Source: Alphaproteobacteria bacterium
GTDB lineage: Bacteria > Pseudomonadota > Alphaproteobacteria > VGEJ01
Direction: 5' to 3'
Length of the DNA stretch: 64,000 bases
NCBI GenBank assembly: GCA_965226045.1
Contig: CBDDBU010000027.1
Coordinates: 18,003 to 82,002, forward strand
The notes under the pieces were generated by a model. It ran no database searches. It was given only the letters and a program-made list of their open reading frames with translations, and was not told the DNA's origin. A program made the translations under genes and the position numbers. Positions 1 to 22,828 of this stretch are shown one piece after another. The stretch's first letter is position 1. Every line of letters starts with the position of its first letter.

Positions 1-6803
<6,803 letters not shown>

Positions 6804-6964
6804 GCGTCGCGCTCGCCGGCGTCTCGGGCCTAACGCTGGGCCATGAACGCTCCGTAAGGAGCAGTTCGACGGCGCCGGATGGGCTGTTGCCCTGTCTGAT
6901 GCCGTGCTGCCGCGGCAAAAGCCGGCTAGCCGTTTGAATCGGTTATGGAACTCGCCGTTTTCTC

Positions 6965-6993
6965 TTGACGCCTCTTGGCGGCCTTACTACGAT
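6965..6993 (+). promoter_or_regulatory. sigma70-like promoter candidate (TTGACG-N17-TACGAT) in the rpoC-rpsL spacer
   Basis: Near-consensus -35/-10 hexamers with a 17-bp spacer; judged by eye only. Confidence 0.2.
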
Positions 6994-7005
6994 GCAGGCC
7001 TATTC

Positions 7006-7058
7006 GGCGCAGGACGGTAGGTGAAATCACCTAGACGCTGCGCCGGGTTTTTGTTTGG
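7006..7058 (+). terminator. Intrinsic terminator-like structure
   Basis: 7-bp GC stem GGCGCAG/CTGCGCC enclosing an inner hairpin, followed by GGGTTTTTGTTTGG. Confidence 0.4.
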
Positions 7059-7229
7059 CGATGAATAACGACCCGTTTTAGGGGCGCGTACCTGGGTGCC
7101 GGCGTTGCGCATTGCGTGGTGTCTGCCGCCGGGGCTTCGCGCGCATCCGACACAAGGCGAGTCTCGAGTCCACAATGCGAGCCACGAGCCCGGCACGTGA
7201 ATACGGTGAGGTCGAAGGTACCTTCGTAA

Positions 7230-8082
<853 letters not shown>

Positions 8083-8095
8083 CGAGAGCGTCACC

Positions 8096-10171
<2,076 letters not shown>

Positions 10172-10211
10172 CCAGACGGTCGGACGCGGTTGGTGACGGA
10201 GACGAAAGCCA

Positions 10212-11405
<1,194 letters not shown>

Positions 11406-11414
11406 GTCATCACA

Positions 11415-11729
11415 ATGGCGGCCAAAAGCCAGAACATTCGTATCCGCCTCAAGGCGTTCGATCATCGCGTGCTCGATCAGTCGACCGGCGAGATCGTCAA
11501 TACCGCCAAACGCACGGGCGCTGAGATCCGTGGTCCGGTGCCGCTGCCCACCAAGATCGAGAAGTTCACGGTGCTGCGCTCGCCGCACATCGATAAGAAA
11601 TCGCGCGAGCAGTTCGAAATTCGTACCCACCGCCGCCTGCTCGACATCATCGACCCGACTCCGCAGACCGTCGACGCCTTGATGAAACTCGACCTAGCGG
11701 CCGGCGTCGACGTCGAGATCAAGCTCTAG
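11415..11729 (+). CDS. rpsJ: 30S ribosomal protein S10
   Basis: 104 aa, [14 protein letters not shown]. Confidence 0.95.
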   Translation: MAAKSQNIRIRLKAFDHRVLDQSTGEIVNTAKRTGAEIRGPVPLPTKIEKFTVLRSPHIDKKSREQFEIRTHRRLLDIIDPTPQTVDALMKLDLAAGVDVEIKL

Positions 11730-11738
11730 AGGGCCGAG

Positions 11739-12500
11739 GTGCGGACCGGGCTCATTGCGCGCAAACTCGGGATGACCCGGATCTTCGATGATGCCGGTTC
11801 TCATATTCCGGTCACCGTGCTGCACCTCGAAGCGTGCCAGGTCGTGGCCCGGCGAACCCGCGAGAGCGATGGATACGACGCCGTGCAACTCGGCGCCGGT
11901 CGGGCCAAGGCCAAGAATATCGGCAAGTCGCTGCGCGGTCACTTCGCCAAGGCCGAGGTCGAGCCGAAGGCCAAGCTGGCCGAGTTCCGCATTTCCGAGG
12001 ACGCGATCCTCGATGTTGGCGCCGAACTCTTGGCCGCGCATTTTGTGGCCGGCCAACGCGTCGATGTGACCGGAACCTCGATTGGCAAGGGCTTCGCCGG
12101 GGCCATGAAGCGCCACGGCTTCGCCGGTCTCGAAGCCTCCCATGGCGTCTCGGTCTCGCACCGCTCGCACGGCTCTACCGGCCACAGCCAGGACCCGGGA
12201 CGAGTCTTCAAGGGCAAGAAGATGGCCGGTCGCCTCGGCGGCAAGCGGGCGACGATTCAGAACTTGACCGTGGTCTCCACCGACGCCGAACGCGGCCTCG
12301 TCTTGGTCAAGGGCGCGGTGCCCGGCGCTCCTGGCTCGTGGGTGCGCATTAGCGATGCGTGCAAACGGCCCCAGCCGGCGGAGGCACCGTTCCCCGCCGG
12401 TCTCGTGGGCGGCGCGAGCCCTCAAGAGGCCGCCGAGACGAGCGCCGAGACACCGATGCCTGAGGGCGCGGCCGGACCGTCGGCGGCGAGCGAGGACTGA
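11739..12500 (+). CDS. rplC: 50S ribosomal protein L3 with an Ala/Pro/Glu-rich C-terminal tail
   Basis: [18 protein letters not shown]...; 253 aa, of which ~45 aa form a low-complexity tail. Confidence 0.95.
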   Translation: MRTGLIARKLGMTRIFDDAGSHIPVTVLHLEACQVVARRTRESDGYDAVQLGAGRAKAKNIGKSLRGHFAKAEVEPKAKLAEFRISEDAILDVGAELLAAHFVAGQRVDVTGTSIGKGFAGAMKRHGFAGLEASHGVSVSHRSHGSTGHSQDPGRVFKGKKMAGRLGGKRATIQNLTVVSTDAERGLVLVKGAVPGAPGSWVRISDACKRPQPAEAPFPAGLVGGASPQEAAETSAETPMPEGAAGPSAASED

Positions 12501-12506
12501 GCGGTC

Positions 12507-13127
12507 ATGCAGGTCGATGTCACCACGTTGGAGAAGACCAAGGTTGGCAGTATCGAGCTGGACGAGACGGTATTCGGTCTACCCAGTCGCCCCGACATCC
12601 TGCACCGCATGGTCGGCTGGCAACTCGCCAAACGGTGCGCGGGAACCCACAAGACCAAGGGCGTCAGCGAGATTCGTGGCAGCACCGCCAAGCCCCACAA
12701 GCAAAAGGGCACCGGCCGGGCGCGCGCCGGAACGCGGCGGGCGCCGCAGATGCGCGGCGGCGCGGTGATTTTTGGTCCTGTCGTTCGCTCCCATGCCCAC
12801 GACTTGCCGAAGAAAGTGCGCCGCTTGGCGTTGAAGACCGCGCTTTCGGTCAAGCTCGCGGAAGGCAAGCTCACGATCGTCGATGAGGCGCGGCTGGATG
12901 AGGCAAAGACCGCGACGCTGGCCAGGAAGCTCTCCGCCCTGGGGTGGAGTTCGGCGTTGATCGTTGACGCCCCCGAGTTGGACGGGAACTTCTCCAAGGC
13001 CGCCGCCAACGTGGCCGGCGTCGACGTATTGCCGGAGGTCGGCGTCAACGTCTTCGATATCCTTCGCCGCGACACATTGGTGTTGACGCAGGCCGCGGCC
13101 GAACGGCTGCAGGAGCGGTTGCGATGA
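12507..13127 (+). CDS. rplD: 50S ribosomal protein L4
   Basis: 206 aa; position and composition in the S10 operon. Confidence 0.95.
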   Translation: MQVDVTTLEKTKVGSIELDETVFGLPSRPDILHRMVGWQLAKRCAGTHKTKGVSEIRGSTAKPHKQKGTGRARAGTRRAPQMRGGAVIFGPVVRSHAHDLPKKVRRLALKTALSVKLAEGKLTIVDEARLDEAKTATLARKLSALGWSSALIVDAPELDGNFSKAAANVAGVDVLPEVGVNVFDILRRDTLVLTQAAAERLQERLR

Positions 13128-13417
13128 TCAGCGAGCGCTCCTACGATGTGGTGCGTGGCCCGGTTATCACCGAGAAGTCGACCCGCGGCTCGGAACATAA
13201 CCAGGTGACCTTCCGCGTTGCGATTGATGCGACCAAGCCACAAATCCGGCGCGCGGTCGAAGAGCTGTTTTCCGTCAAGGTGAACGGCGTCAACACGATC
13301 CGAATGCAGGGCAAGAAGAAGCGTTTCCGGGGGCGCTGGGGGCGGCGCGTCGCTTACAAGAAGGCTATCGTTACCCTCGCCGAGGGCGAAACCCTCGACA
13401 TCACGACTGGCATCTAG
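13124..13417 (+). CDS. rplW: 50S ribosomal protein L23
   Basis: 97 aa, overlaps rplD by 4 bp. Confidence 0.95.
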   Translation: MISERSYDVVRGPVITEKSTRGSEHNQVTFRVAIDATKPQIRRAVEELFSVKVNGVNTIRMQGKKKRFRGRWGRRVAYKKAIVTLAEGETLDITTGI

Positions 13418-13418
13418 C

Positions 13419-14246
13419 ATGGCGCTGAAGAACTACAAGCCGACCACTCCGTCGCGCCGCCAGCTGGTCCTAGTTGACAGGTCGCGGCTGTGGAAGGGTA
13501 AGCCGGTCAAAACGTTGACCGAGGGCGGGGTCGACACGGCGGGTCGCAACAACCAGGGCCGCATCACGATCTGGCATCGTGGCGGTGGCCACAAACGCAG
13601 CTATCGCGTGATCGACCTCAAGCGCCGGAAGCACGATGTTACGGCGACGGTGGAGCGGCTCGAATACGATCCTAACCGGTCAGCGTTCATCGCCTTGCTG
13701 CGCTATCAGGACGGCGCGCTGTCGTACATTCTCGCCCCCCAGCGCGTCGGCGAGGGCGATGTGGTGGTGGCTGGCGAGCGCGTCGATATCAAGCCTGGCA
13801 ACGCGATGCCGATGAGAAACATCCCGGTCGGCACGATCATCCACAACGTCGAGATGAAGCCGGGCAAGGGCGGACAGATCGCACGCGCGGCGGGCACGTA
13901 TGCGCAATTGGTCGGCAAGGATTCGGGGTACGCGCTGCTGCGGCTGACGTCGGGCGAGCGGCGCATGGTGCTGGCGGACGGGATGGCGACGATCGGCGCG
14001 GTCTCGAATGCCGACAACAAGAACATCAAGCTCGGCAAGGCCGGGCGCTCGCGGTGGCGCGGGCGGCGCCCGACGGTGCGCGGCGTGGCGATGAATCCGA
14101 TTGATCATCCGCACGGCGGCGGCGAGGGGCGCAGTTCGGGCGGTCGGCATCCGGTGACGCCGTGGGGCCAGCCGACCAAGGGTAAGCGGACCCGCCGCAA
14201 CAAGTCGACGAATCGCTTCATCCTTCGAGACCGTCGCGCGAAGTAG
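13419..14246 (+). CDS. rplB: 50S ribosomal protein L2
   Basis: 275 aa, ...[13 protein letters not shown] motif. Confidence 0.95.
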   Translation: MALKNYKPTTPSRRQLVLVDRSRLWKGKPVKTLTEGGVDTAGRNNQGRITIWHRGGGHKRSYRVIDLKRRKHDVTATVERLEYDPNRSAFIALLRYQDGALSYILAPQRVGEGDVVVAGERVDIKPGNAMPMRNIPVGTIIHNVEMKPGKGGQIARAAGTYAQLVGKDSGYALLRLTSGERRMVLADGMATIGAVSNADNKNIKLGKAGRSRWRGRRPTVRGVAMNPIDHPHGGGEGRSSGGRHPVTPWGQPTKGKRTRRNKSTNRFILRDRRAK

Positions 14247-14255
14247 AGGACAGAG

Positions 14256-14534
14256 ATGGCGCGTTCGATTTGGAAAGGCCCGTTCGTTGATGGCTACCTC
14301 CTCAAGAAAGCCGAGGAGGCCGCACTATCGGGCCACAAGTCCGTAATTCGCACGTGGTCGCGGCGTTCGACCGTTCTGCCGCAGTTCGTGGGCCTGACCT
14401 TTGGTGTCCATAACGGGCGCAAGTTCATCTCGGTATTGGTGACCGAAACGATGGTCGGGCATAAGTTGGGCGAATTCGCGCCGACCCGCACATTCTTCGG
14501 ACATTCCGGCAACAAGCGGGCTAGGAGAGTCTGA
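14256..14534 (+). CDS. rpsS: 30S ribosomal protein S19
   Basis: 92 aa [12 protein letters not shown]. Confidence 0.95.
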   Translation: MARSIWKGPFVDGYLLKKAEEAALSGHKSVIRTWSRRSTVLPQFVGLTFGVHNGRKFISVLVTETMVGHKLGEFAPTRTFFGHSGNKRARRV

Positions 14535-14536
14535 TC

Positions 14537-14917
14537 ATGGGCAAGCCGGCGGCGGCGCGAAGGCTCGCGGAAAATGAGGCGATGGCGATCGCGCGGAGTC
14601 TGCGGACCGGCCCGCGCAAGCTCAACATCGTTGCCCAGTCGATCCGCGGCAAAGCGGTCGAAAAGGCGCTCTCGGAATTGGTCTTCTCGCGCCGGCGAAT
14701 AGCGGGCGAGGTGCGCAAGGTATTGCAGTCGGTGATCGCCAACGCCGAGAACAATCACCAGCTCGACGTCGACCGGTTGTATGTCGCCGAGGCCACGGTG
14801 GGCCGGGCGCTGGTGATGAAACGTTGGCGTCCGCGTGCGCGGGGCCGTGTCGCGGCGATCGAAAAGCCGTTCAGTAATCTGCGGATCATCGTCCGCGAGC
14901 GCGAGGAAACCGCCTGA
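14537..14917 (+). CDS. rplV: 50S ribosomal protein L22
   Basis: 126 aa. Confidence 0.95.
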   Translation: MGKPAAARRLAENEAMAIARSLRTGPRKLNIVAQSIRGKAVEKALSELVFSRRRIAGEVRKVLQSVIANAENNHQLDVDRLYVAEATVGRALVMKRWRPRARGRVAAIEKPFSNLRIIVREREETA

Positions 14918-15597
14918 TGGGTCAAAAAGTCAATCCGATCGGGTTGCGTCTTGGCATCAACCGGACGTGGGATTCGCGGTGGTACGCCGATGGCCGGGCG
15001 TATGGCGACCTGCTGCACGAAGATCTACGGATCCGCCGCTACCTGATGAGCCGACTGAACCAGGCCGGGGTCAGCCGGGTGGTCATCGAACGGCCAACCA
15101 AAAAGGCGCGTGTCACCATCCACACCGCGCGCCCGGGCGTCGTCATCGGCAAGAAGGGCGCCGATATCGAACGGTTGCGGCGAGCACTCGCGGAGATCAC
15201 CGACAGTGAGGTGCACCTCAACATCGTCGAGATCCGCAAGCCGGAGGTGGATGCGCAGTTGATTGCCGAGAACATCGGTCAGCAGTTGGAGCGGCGGGTC
15301 GCGTTTCGTCGGGCGATGAAACGGGCGGTGCAGTCGGCGATGCGGCTCGGCGCCCAGGGGATTCGCATCAACTGCGGCGGGCGTCTGGGCGGCAACGAGA
15401 TCGCGCGCACGGAGTGGTATCGCGAGGGGCGGGTGCCGCTTCATACCCTCAGGGCCGACATCGACTATGGCGAGAAGACCGCGAAGACGGCGTACGGTAC
15501 CTGTGGCGTCAAGGTGTGGGTGTTCAAGGGCGAGATCCTGGAGCATGACCCGATGGCTCACGAAAACAAAATGAACGAGCAAGGAGCGCCGCGCTAG
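14917..15597 (+). CDS. rpsC: 30S ribosomal protein S3
   Basis: [13 protein letters not shown]..., 226 aa; 1-nt overlap with rplV (TGATG). Confidence 0.95.
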   Translation: MGQKVNPIGLRLGINRTWDSRWYADGRAYGDLLHEDLRIRRYLMSRLNQAGVSRVVIERPTKKARVTIHTARPGVVIGKKGADIERLRRALAEITDSEVHLNIVEIRKPEVDAQLIAENIGQQLERRVAFRRAMKRAVQSAMRLGAQGIRINCGGRLGGNEIARTEWYREGRVPLHTLRADIDYGEKTAKTAYGTCGVKVWVFKGEILEHDPMAHENKMNEQGAPR

Positions 15598-15608
15598 GCG
15601 ATCGGAAC

Positions 15609-16034
15609 ATGCTTCAACCGAAGCGAACCAAGTATCGCAAGGCCCACAAGGGCCGTATCCATGGCCAGGCCAAGGGTGGCACCGAGCTCAACTTCGGCGC
15701 CTACGGGCTCAAGGCGATGGCGCCTGGCCGGCTGACGTCGCGCCAGATCGAGGCCTGTCGGCGCGCGATAACCCGCCACATGAAACGTTCGGGTCGGGTT
15801 TGGATACGCATTTTTCCCGACGTGCCGGTGACCAAGAAGCCGACCGAAGTGCGGATGGGCAAAGGCAAGGGCGCGGTCGAGTTCTGGGCCGCCCGGGTCA
15901 AGCCGGGCCGGGTCATGTTCGAGGTCGACGGGGTTTCCGCCGCGATCGCGCGCGAGGCGTTCGAGCTGGGCGCGGCCAAGCTGCCGCTGCGCTCGCGTTT
16001 CGTGGCCCGACTTGGCGAGGGGCTTGAGGTATGA
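15609..16034 (+). CDS. rplP: 50S ribosomal protein L16
   Basis: [16 protein letters not shown]. Confidence 0.95.
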   Translation: MLQPKRTKYRKAHKGRIHGQAKGGTELNFGAYGLKAMAPGRLTSRQIEACRRAITRHMKRSGRVWIRIFPDVPVTKKPTEVRMGKGKGAVEFWAARVKPGRVMFEVDGVSAAIAREAFELGAAKLPLRSRFVARLGEGLEV

Positions 16035-16225
16035 AGGCCGAACAGCTCCGCGGCAAGTCCGACAATGAACTTCAGGACCAACTCTTGGGACTGAAGAAAG
16101 AGGCCTTCAACCTGCGGTTTCAGCGGGCCAGCGGGCAGTTGGAAAACACCGCGCGGGTCGGCCAGGTCAGGCGAGACATCGCCCGGATCAAGACCGCCCT
16201 CGGCGCTCACGCGCGCGCGAGCTGA
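16031..16225 (+). CDS. rpmC: 50S ribosomal protein L29
   Basis: 64 aa, operon position. Confidence 0.9.
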   Translation: MKAEQLRGKSDNELQDQLLGLKKEAFNLRFQRASGQLENTARVGQVRRDIARIKTALGAHARAS

Positions 16226-16243
16226 GGGAGCGCGGGACAGGAC

Positions 16244-16510
16244 ATGGCAAGGCGTACACTTCTGGGCACGGTGGTCGGTGACAAGGTCGACAAGACCGTG
16301 GTCGTGCAAGTCGAGCGGCGCGTGCGCCACCCGCTGTACGGCAAGTTCATCCGCCGCTCCAAGAAGATGCATGTGCACGACGAGCAGAACCGGTGCGGTG
16401 TGGGCGACGTCGTCCGCATCCAGGAGTGCGCGCCCAAGTCGAAGACCAAGACCTGGGAGGTCGTGTCTGATGCACTCGGCAACCCGCCTGGGGTCGGCGG
16501 AACACAATGA
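16244..16510 (+). CDS. rpsQ: 30S ribosomal protein S17
   Basis: 88 aa, [18 protein letters not shown]. Confidence 0.93.
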   Translation: MARRTLLGTVVGDKVDKTVVVQVERRVRHPLYGKFIRRSKKMHVHDEQNRCGVGDVVRIQECAPKSKTKTWEVVSDALGNPPGVGGTQ

Positions 16511-16875
16511 TTCAGGCGGAAACCAATCTTGAAGTCGCGGACAACTCGGGCGCCCGACGCGTGCAGTGCATCAAGGTGCTGGGCGGGACGCGTCGCCGGA
16601 GCGCCTCTATCGGCGACACGATCGTGGTGACGGTCAAGGAGGCGATCCCGCGCGGTCGCGTCAAAAAGGGCGATATCCATCGCGCCGTGATCGTTCGCAC
16701 CGCTAAGGAAATTCGCCGCGCCGATGGCAGTGCGATCCGCTTTGATCGCAATGCCGCGGTGTTGATCACGCCGCAGGGTGAGCCGATCGGAACCCGTATC
16801 TTCGGCCCGGTGACGCGCGAACTCAGGGCCAAGCAGCATATGCGGATCGTCTCGCTGGCGCCGGAGGTGCTGTGA
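16507..16875 (+). CDS. rplN: 50S ribosomal protein L14
   Basis: [17 protein letters not shown]. Confidence 0.95.
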   Translation: MIQAETNLEVADNSGARRVQCIKVLGGTRRRSASIGDTIVVTVKEAIPRGRVKKGDIHRAVIVRTAKEIRRADGSAIRFDRNAAVLITPQGEPIGTRIFGPVTRELRAKQHMRIVSLAPEVL

Positions 16876-17198
16876 TGGCGCACAAGCTCCGGCTGAGAAG
16901 AGGCGACGAGGTTATCGTCGTCAGCGGCCGCGACAAAGGCCGCAAGGGTCGGATCGTGCGGATGCAGCGCGATCGCGAGCGGGTGATCGTCCAAGGCGCG
17001 AACATGGTCAAGCGGCACACGCGGCCCTCGGCCGGTCAGCCGGGCGGCATCGTCGAGAAGGAAGCGGCGCTACATATTTCCAACGTTGCCCTGGTCGATC
17101 CCAAGACCGGCGAGGCGTCACGAATCGGCTACAAGTTCCTCAAGGATGGCCGCAAGGTCCGCTTCGCCAAAGCCTCCGGCGAAGTCATCGACGTCTAG
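16872..17198 (+). CDS. rplX: 50S ribosomal protein L24
   Basis: 108 aa, KOW-like. Confidence 0.93.
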   Translation: MMAHKLRLRRGDEVIVVSGRDKGRKGRIVRMQRDRERVIVQGANMVKRHTRPSAGQPGGIVEKEAALHISNVALVDPKTGEASRIGYKFLKDGRKVRFAKASGEVIDV

Positions 17199-17206
17199 GA
17201 TTCGCC

Positions 17207-17749
17207 ATGGCCGCCCGATTTCACGAACAATACGAGAGCACCGTGCGTCCGGCGCTGCGGGAGCGCTTTGGTTATCCCAACGCCATGCGGGTCCCGAGGC
17301 TCGAGAAGATCGTCGTCAACATGGGCGTCGGTGAGGGCTCGCGCGACGGCAAGCAGATCGTCATCGCCGCTGAAGAACTGGCGGCCATCACGGGTCAGAA
17401 GCCGATCATAACGAAGGCCAAGAAATCGATCTCGAACTTTAAGCTGCGAGAGGGCATGGAGGTCGGCTGCAAGGTGACGCTGCGGCGTACCCGCATGTAC
17501 GAGTTCCTCGACCGCCTGATTACCATCGCGTTGCCGAGTGTCAGGGACTTTCGCGGCCTGTCGGCGCGGAGTTTCGATGGGCGTGGCAATTTCACCCTCG
17601 GTCTTAAGGAGCAGATTGTTTTCCCGGAGATCGAGTACGACAAGATCGACAAAGTTCGCGGCATGGATGTCGTGATCGTCACCACCGCTGGCACCGACGA
17701 GGAGGCGAAGGAATTGCTCGCCGCCTTTGGCATGCCGTTCACGAGCTAA
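17207..17749 (+). CDS. rplE: 50S ribosomal protein L5
   Basis: 180 aa. Confidence 0.95.
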   Translation: MAARFHEQYESTVRPALRERFGYPNAMRVPRLEKIVVNMGVGEGSRDGKQIVIAAEELAAITGQKPIITKAKKSISNFKLREGMEVGCKVTLRRTRMYEFLDRLITIALPSVRDFRGLSARSFDGRGNFTLGLKEQIVFPEIEYDKIDKVRGMDVVIVTTAGTDEEAKELLAAFGMPFTS

Positions 17750-17768
17750 CCCATCACGGAGGCCATGA

Positions 17769-18074
17769 ATGGCCAAGAAGAGTTCCACGGAAAAGGACCT
17801 CAGACGGCGTCGTCTGGTGGTTCGGTTCGCGGCCAAGAGACAACGGCTCAAGGACGCGGCGCGCGATCAGTTACTACCTCCGGAGGAGCGGTTCGCCGCG
17901 CGCCTCAAACTCGCGCGAATGCCGCGCGATGGCTCGGCGACCCGATCGCGCAACCGTTGCTTGGTGACAGGGCGGCCGCGGGGCTACTACCGGAAGCTGA
18001 AGATGTCGCGCATTGCGCTGCGCGATCTGGCGTCCAGTGGGCAGATCCCCGGCATGGTCAAGTCGAGCTGGTAG
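17769..18074 (+). CDS. rpsN: 30S ribosomal protein S14
   Basis: 101 aa. Confidence 0.93.
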   Translation: MAKKSSTEKDLRRRRLVVRFAAKRQRLKDAARDQLLPPEERFAARLKLARMPRDGSATRSRNRCLVTGRPRGYYRKLKMSRIALRDLASSGQIPGMVKSSW

Positions 18075-18087
18075 CGGGAGCTATTCG

Positions 18088-18486
18088 ATGTCGATAAGCG
18101 ATCCCCTGAGCGACATGTTGACGCGGATCCGCAACGGCCAGCGCAACGGATTCGCCGTGGTGCGGAGCCCTGCGTCGCGGTTTCGCGTGAGCGTGCTCGA
18201 AGTGCTGCAGCGCGAGGGCTACATCCGCGGTTACGAGCGCGAAGAGCTCGAGGCTGAGATGCCCGAACTGCGAATCGAACTGAAATACTATGAGGGCGAG
18301 CCGGTCATCAAACGAATCTGGCGGGTTTCACGGCCGGGCCGGCGGGTCTATTCCTCGATCCGCGAGTTGCCGCGGGTGCGCGATGGCCTCGGCATCTCGA
18401 TCCTATCAACCCCCCAGGGCGTTCTTTCCGATAACGAAGCACGCGTCGCCAATGTTGGCGGCGAAGTGCTGTGCAACGTGATCTAG
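18088..18486 (+). CDS. rpsH: 30S ribosomal protein S8
   Basis: Internal ATG gives MSISDPLSDMLTRIRNGQ, 132 aa. Confidence 0.93.
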   Translation: MSISDPLSDMLTRIRNGQRNGFAVVRSPASRFRVSVLEVLQREGYIRGYEREELEAEMPELRIELKYYEGEPVIKRIWRVSRPGRRVYSSIRELPRVRDGLGISILSTPQGVLSDNEARVANVGGEVLCNVI

Positions 18487-18490
18487 GCGC

Positions 18491-19024
18491 ATGTCGCGGG
18501 TTGGACAAAAGGCAGTCGAGGTTCCCCAAGGGGTGAGCGTCGAGCTGAGCGGCCAGGAGATCGTCGCGAAGGGCCCGAAGGGTGAGCTGAGTCTGTGCCT
18601 CGTCGACGATGTCGTGGCGGCGCTCGATGGTGACAAGATCAGCATTTCACCGCGCGACGAGTCCAAGCGGGCGCGTGCGATGTGGGGTATGCAGCGCATG
18701 CTCGTTAACAATCTCGTCAACGGCGTGGCGACAGGCTATTCGGTTGAGCTGGCGATCAACGGGGTCGGCTATCGCGCGGCCGTGGAGGCGGATGTGCTCA
18801 CCTTGCAGCTGGGTTATTCGCACCCGATTGTCTATCCGCTGCCCGACGGGATAAGTGCTGAATGCGCTCGCCCGACAGCGATCAAGATCTCAGGCGCGGA
18901 CCGGCAAAGGGTCGGTCAGGTCGCGGCCGAGATCCGTGGGTTTCGTCCGCCCGAGCCGTACAAGGGCAAAGGCGTGCGCTACCTCGATGAGTACGTTGAG
19001 CGCAAAGAAGGCAAGAAAAAGTAG
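18491..19024 (+). CDS. rplF: 50S ribosomal protein L6
   Basis: 177 aa. Confidence 0.95.
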   Translation: MSRVGQKAVEVPQGVSVELSGQEIVAKGPKGELSLCLVDDVVAALDGDKISISPRDESKRARAMWGMQRMLVNNLVNGVATGYSVELAINGVGYRAAVEADVLTLQLGYSHPIVYPLPDGISAECARPTAIKISGADRQRVGQVAAEIRGFRPPEPYKGKGVRYLDEYVERKEGKKK

Positions 19025-19032
19025 GCCCGATC

Positions 19033-19395
19033 ATGGCGACCCGAAGCGAATTGTTCGAACGCCGCAAGCGGCGCACGCGCATCAAATTGCGCGGGCTCGC
19101 CACGGCGCGGCCGCGTCTGTCGGTGTTTCGGTCGAGCAAGAATATCTATGCCCAGGTGATCGACGATGCTCGTGGCGTGACCGTTGCGGCGGCGTCCACC
19201 TTGGACAAAGAGCTGCGTGGCACGCTGGAGAAGGGCTGTGACGTTGAAGCCGCCCGCAGGGTGGGCGAGCTGATCGCGCAGCGGGCGACGGCGGCCGGTG
19301 CGGCGACAGTGGTGTTCGATCGCGGCGGCTACCTCTACCACGGCCGAGTCAAGGCGCTCGCCGAAGCCGCCCGCGAGGGCGGGCTCAGCTTCTGA
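19033..19395 (+). CDS. rplR: 50S ribosomal protein L18
   Basis: 120 aa. Confidence 0.93.
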   Translation: MATRSELFERRKRRTRIKLRGLATARPRLSVFRSSKNIYAQVIDDARGVTVAAASTLDKELRGTLEKGCDVEAARRVGELIAQRATAAGAATVVFDRGGYLYHGRVKALAEAAREGGLSF

Positions 19396-19424
19396 TGATT
19401 AAGCAAACGGGAGGCGCCTGAAGC

Positions 19425-19979
19425 ATGGCACGCAATCCGGCCGAGTTCGACCGGGGAGATGGCGACTTGCTCGACAAGCTGGTCGGCATTAACCGGGTAG
19501 CCAAGGTCGTCAAGGGCGGTCGGCGTTTTGGATTCGCAGCGCTGGTGATTGTCGGCGATCAGAAGGGGCGGGTCGGATTCGGCAACGGCAAGGCGCGCGA
19601 GGTGCCGGAGGCGATCCGCAAGGCGACCGAGACCGCAAAGCGCGGGATGATCCGGGTCCCCTTGCGCGAGGGCCGCACGCTGCATCACGATGTCGAAGGC
19701 CGGTTCGGGGCTGGCCATGTCGTGTTGCGCTCGGCGCCGCCGGGAACGGGGATCATCGCCGGCGGGCCCATGCGGGCGGTGTTCGAGGCGCTCGGGGTGC
19801 AAGACGTGGTGACCAAATCAATCGGGTCCCCCAATCCCTACAACATGGTACGTGCGACTTTCCATGCGCTGAGCAATATCATGTCGCCGCGCTCGACGGC
19901 GGCCCGGCGCGGCAAGAAGGTAAGTGAGCTCGTGGGTCGCCGCGAGGCGAGCGCCGGGGCGGATATGACCGATGAGTGA
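19425..19979 (+). CDS. rpsE: 30S ribosomal protein S5
   Basis: 184 aa. Confidence 0.95.
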   Translation: MARNPAEFDRGDGDLLDKLVGINRVAKVVKGGRRFGFAALVIVGDQKGRVGFGNGKAREVPEAIRKATETAKRGMIRVPLREGRTLHHDVEGRFGAGHVVLRSAPPGTGIIAGGPMRAVFEALGVQDVVTKSIGSPNPYNMVRATFHALSNIMSPRSTAARRGKKVSELVGRREASAGADMTDE

Positions 19980-20196
19980 CCAGGCGACAGGCAACCGGCC
20001 CAAAGTACGCGTCACCCAGACCGGCAGTCCGATCGGCCGGCCCAAGGACCAGCGCGCGACATTGCGTGGCCTCGGCCTCGGCAAGATGCACCGCACTTCC
20101 GAGTTGGAGGATACGCCGGCGGTTCGCGGGATGATCGCTAAGGTTGCGCATCTCGTGCGCGTCGATGACGAAGTCCGCGCCGGAGAGGAGCGATGA
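19972..20196 (+). CDS. rpmD: 50S ribosomal protein L30
   Basis: 74 aa. Confidence 0.9.
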   Translation: MSDQATGNRPKVRVTQTGSPIGRPKDQRATLRGLGLGKMHRTSELEDTPAVRGMIAKVAHLVRVDDEVRAGEER

Positions 20197-20732
20197 GACT
20201 GAACGAACTGAGCGATCGGGCGGGCGCGCGCGCGCCTCGCACGCGGGTCGGACGCGGCATTGGTTCCGGAAAAGGCAAGACCGCGGGTCGCGGCCACAAG
20301 GGACAGAAATCGCGCGCTGGCGTCAGCATCAAGGGCTTCGAGGGCGGGCAGATGCCGATTTATCGGCGGCTGCCCAAGCGCGGTTTCAACAATATCTTCA
20401 AGAAGCGCTACGAGATCGTGAACGTTGGTCGGCTGCAAATCGCCATCGACGCTGGTAAGTTGGACTCGCAAAGTCCGATCACCGTAGCCACGTTACGGGC
20501 TGCTGGTTTGGTCAGTGGTCATCGGCACGGTGTGCGGTTGCTGGGCGAAGGCGAGCTGTCGGCTGCCCTGACCATCGAGGTCAACGGCGCCTCCGCGGGC
20601 GCCGTACGCGCTGTCGAAAAGGCCGGTGGTCGCGTCGCGGTAACGGAACCGAGGCGTGCGGTAGAGGCGGACGACGCGCCCGAACAGGATGGCGCGGCGA
20701 TGTCGTCGGAGCCGCCGCCCAAGGAGAGCTAG
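20193..20732 (+). CDS. rplO: 50S ribosomal protein L15
   Basis: 179 aa. Confidence 0.93.
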   Translation: MRLNELSDRAGARAPRTRVGRGIGSGKGKTAGRGHKGQKSRAGVSIKGFEGGQMPIYRRLPKRGFNNIFKKRYEIVNVGRLQIAIDAGKLDSQSPITVATLRAAGLVSGHRHGVRLLGEGELSAALTIEVNGASAGAVRAVEKAGGRVAVTEPRRAVEADDAPEQDGAAMSSEPPPKES

Positions 20733-20741
20733 CCCCCCGTC

Positions 20742-22085
20742 ATGGCGTCCGCCGCCGAACAACTCGCCGCTAACATCAACTTCGGGGCCTTCGCCAAGGC
20801 CACCGAGCTCAAGCGGCGCATCTGGTTTACGCTGGGCGCGCTGATTATTTACCGGCTCGGCACCTACATTCCTGTTCCCGGCATCGACGCCGAGATCCTG
20901 GGCGAAGTTTTCCGCCAGAATCAGGGCGGCATCCTCGGCATGTTCGACATGTTCGCGGGTGGCGCGCTGGGGCGGATGACCATCTTCGCCCTCAACATCA
21001 TGCCCTACATCTCGGCGTCGATCATCATGCAGCTGATGACGACCGTCTCGCCCCACCTCGAGCAGCTCAAGAAAGAGGGCGAGTCCGGCCGCAAGAAGAT
21101 GAACCAGTACACCCGCTATGGCACGGTGTTGCTGGCGGCCCTGCAGGGCTACGGGATCGCCTCTGGATTGGAGGGTATGACGGGGCCGTCGGGAGCGGTC
21201 GTTATCGATCCCGGCCTCTTCTTCCGGGCCACCACCGTCATCACATTGGTTGGCGGCACCATCTTCTTGATGTGGTTGGGCGAGCAGATCACGGCCCGTG
21301 GCGTGGGCAACGGTATCTCGTTGATCATTTTCGCGGGCATCGTCGCCGAATTGCCGCGGGCGCTGGCTAGTACCCTTGAACTCGGCCGCACCGGGGCGCT
21401 TTCGATCTTCATCATCCTGTTCCTGATGGTGCTGGTGGTGGGGGTGATCACGTTCATCGTGTTCATCGAGCGGGCGCAACGGCGCATCGTGGTGCAATAT
21501 CCGAAGCGCCAGATGGGCACCCGTATGTTTGGCGGTGAGAGCTCGCATCTGCCGCTCAAACTCAATACCGCTGGCGTTATTCCGCCGATCTTCGCGTCCT
21601 CGCTGTTGTTGTTGCCAATGACGGTGGCGAACTTCGGCGTCGCTGGCGGGCCGGGCTGGTTGACCACGGTCACGGCGCTGCTCGGGCGCGGCCAGCCGCT
21701 CTATCTGTTGCTCTACACGGCCGGCATCGTGTTCTTCTGTTTCTTCTACACGGCCGTTGTGTTCAATCCGAGCGACACCGCCGATAATCTGAAGAAGTAC
21801 GGTGGTTTCATCCCGGGGGTGCGGCCGGGTAAGAACACGGCTGAGTACCTGGACTTCGTCCTAACGCGGCTGACCACGGTCGGCGCCATGTACCTCACGG
21901 CCGTGTGCCTGCTGCCCGAGGTCATGATCTCGCGCTGGGCGGTGCCATTCTATTTCGGTGGGACGGCGCTTCTGATCGTCGTCACCGTGACGATGGATAC
22001 GATCGCCCAGGTCCAATCCCACCTATTGGCCCACCAATATGAAGGGCTGATCAAGAAATCACGTCTCCGGGGCCGCAATCGGTGA
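20742..22085 (+). CDS. secY: Preprotein translocase SecY
   Basis: 447 aa, 10 predicted TM segments. Confidence 0.95.
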   Translation: MASAAEQLAANINFGAFAKATELKRRIWFTLGALIIYRLGTYIPVPGIDAEILGEVFRQNQGGILGMFDMFAGGALGRMTIFALNIMPYISASIIMQLMTTVSPHLEQLKKEGESGRKKMNQYTRYGTVLLAALQGYGIASGLEGMTGPSGAVVIDPGLFFRATTVITLVGGTIFLMWLGEQITARGVGNGISLIIFAGIVAELPRALASTLELGRTGALSIFIILFLMVLVVGVITFIVFIERAQRRIVVQYPKRQMGTRMFGGESSHLPLKLNTAGVIPPIFASSLLLLPMTVANFGVAGGPGWLTTVTALLGRGQPLYLLLYTAGIVFFCFFYTAVVFNPSDTADNLKKYGGFIPGVRPGKNTAEYLDFVLTRLTTVGAMYLTAVCLLPEVMISRWAVPFYFGGTALLIVVTVTMDTIAQVQSHLLAHQYEGLIKKSRLRGRNR

Positions 22086-22738
22086 TTCTCATTTTGTTGG
22101 GCCCTCCCGGCGCCGGCAAGGGGACTCAGGCTCGGCGGCTGCAGGAACGGCGCGGCGCCCCCCAACTCTCGACCGGGGACATGTTGCGGGCGGCCGTGGC
22201 CGCCGATAGCGCGGTCGGCCGCGAGGCCAAGGCCATCATGGAGGCCGGTCGGTTGGTGCCTGACCAGATTATGGTGCGGATGATCGCCGAACGGATCGAC
22301 GAACCGGACTGTCACGATGGCTTTATCCTTGACGGCTTTCCGCGCACGACCGCCCAGGCCGAGGCGCTGGACGCCATGCTGGCCGAAAAGGGTCGCGCGC
22401 TTTCGGCGGTGATCGAGATCAAGGTCGATGACCGATTGATGGTGGAGCGCGTGACCGGTCGCTTTACCTGTGGCAAATGCGGCGCGGGCTATCACGATAC
22501 GCTCAAGCCGACGGCGGCGCCGGAGATCTGTGATGCCTGCGGCTCATCGGAATTCGCGCGCCGCGCCGACGACAAGGCCGAGACGGTGAAGGCGAGACTC
22601 GATGCCTATCATCTTCAGACCGCGCCGCTGCTCGATTACTATGGCCAGAAGGGGCTCGTCGGCGCGGTCGACGGCATGGCGCCGATCGACGAGGTCACGC
22701 GCCAGATCGACTCAGCCCTCGACACCGCGAATGATTGA
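22082..22738 (+). CDS. adk: Adenylate kinase with Cys4 zinc-binding LID
   Basis: [11 protein letters not shown]-loop; LID motif CGKCG...CDACG. Confidence 0.95.
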   Translation: MILILLGPPGAGKGTQARRLQERRGAPQLSTGDMLRAAVAADSAVGREAKAIMEAGRLVPDQIMVRMIAERIDEPDCHDGFILDGFPRTTAQAEALDAMLAEKGRALSAVIEIKVDDRLMVERVTGRFTCGKCGAGYHDTLKPTAAPEICDACGSSEFARRADDKAETVKARLDAYHLQTAPLLDYYGQKGLVGAVDGMAPIDEVTRQIDSALDTAND

Positions 22739-22828
22739 CGGCGCGAGCGTTTTTCATAATAATCACGAACTCGTCGGCGGCCACGGGGTGCGCCGGGGTT
22801 TCTTCTGTAATCCGATGTGGAGAGTAGT

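Noticed and set aside
22739-22828. adk terminator or rpsM promoter in the 90-bp spacer
   Set aside because: There is a T5 run but no convincing stem. Support is insufficient.
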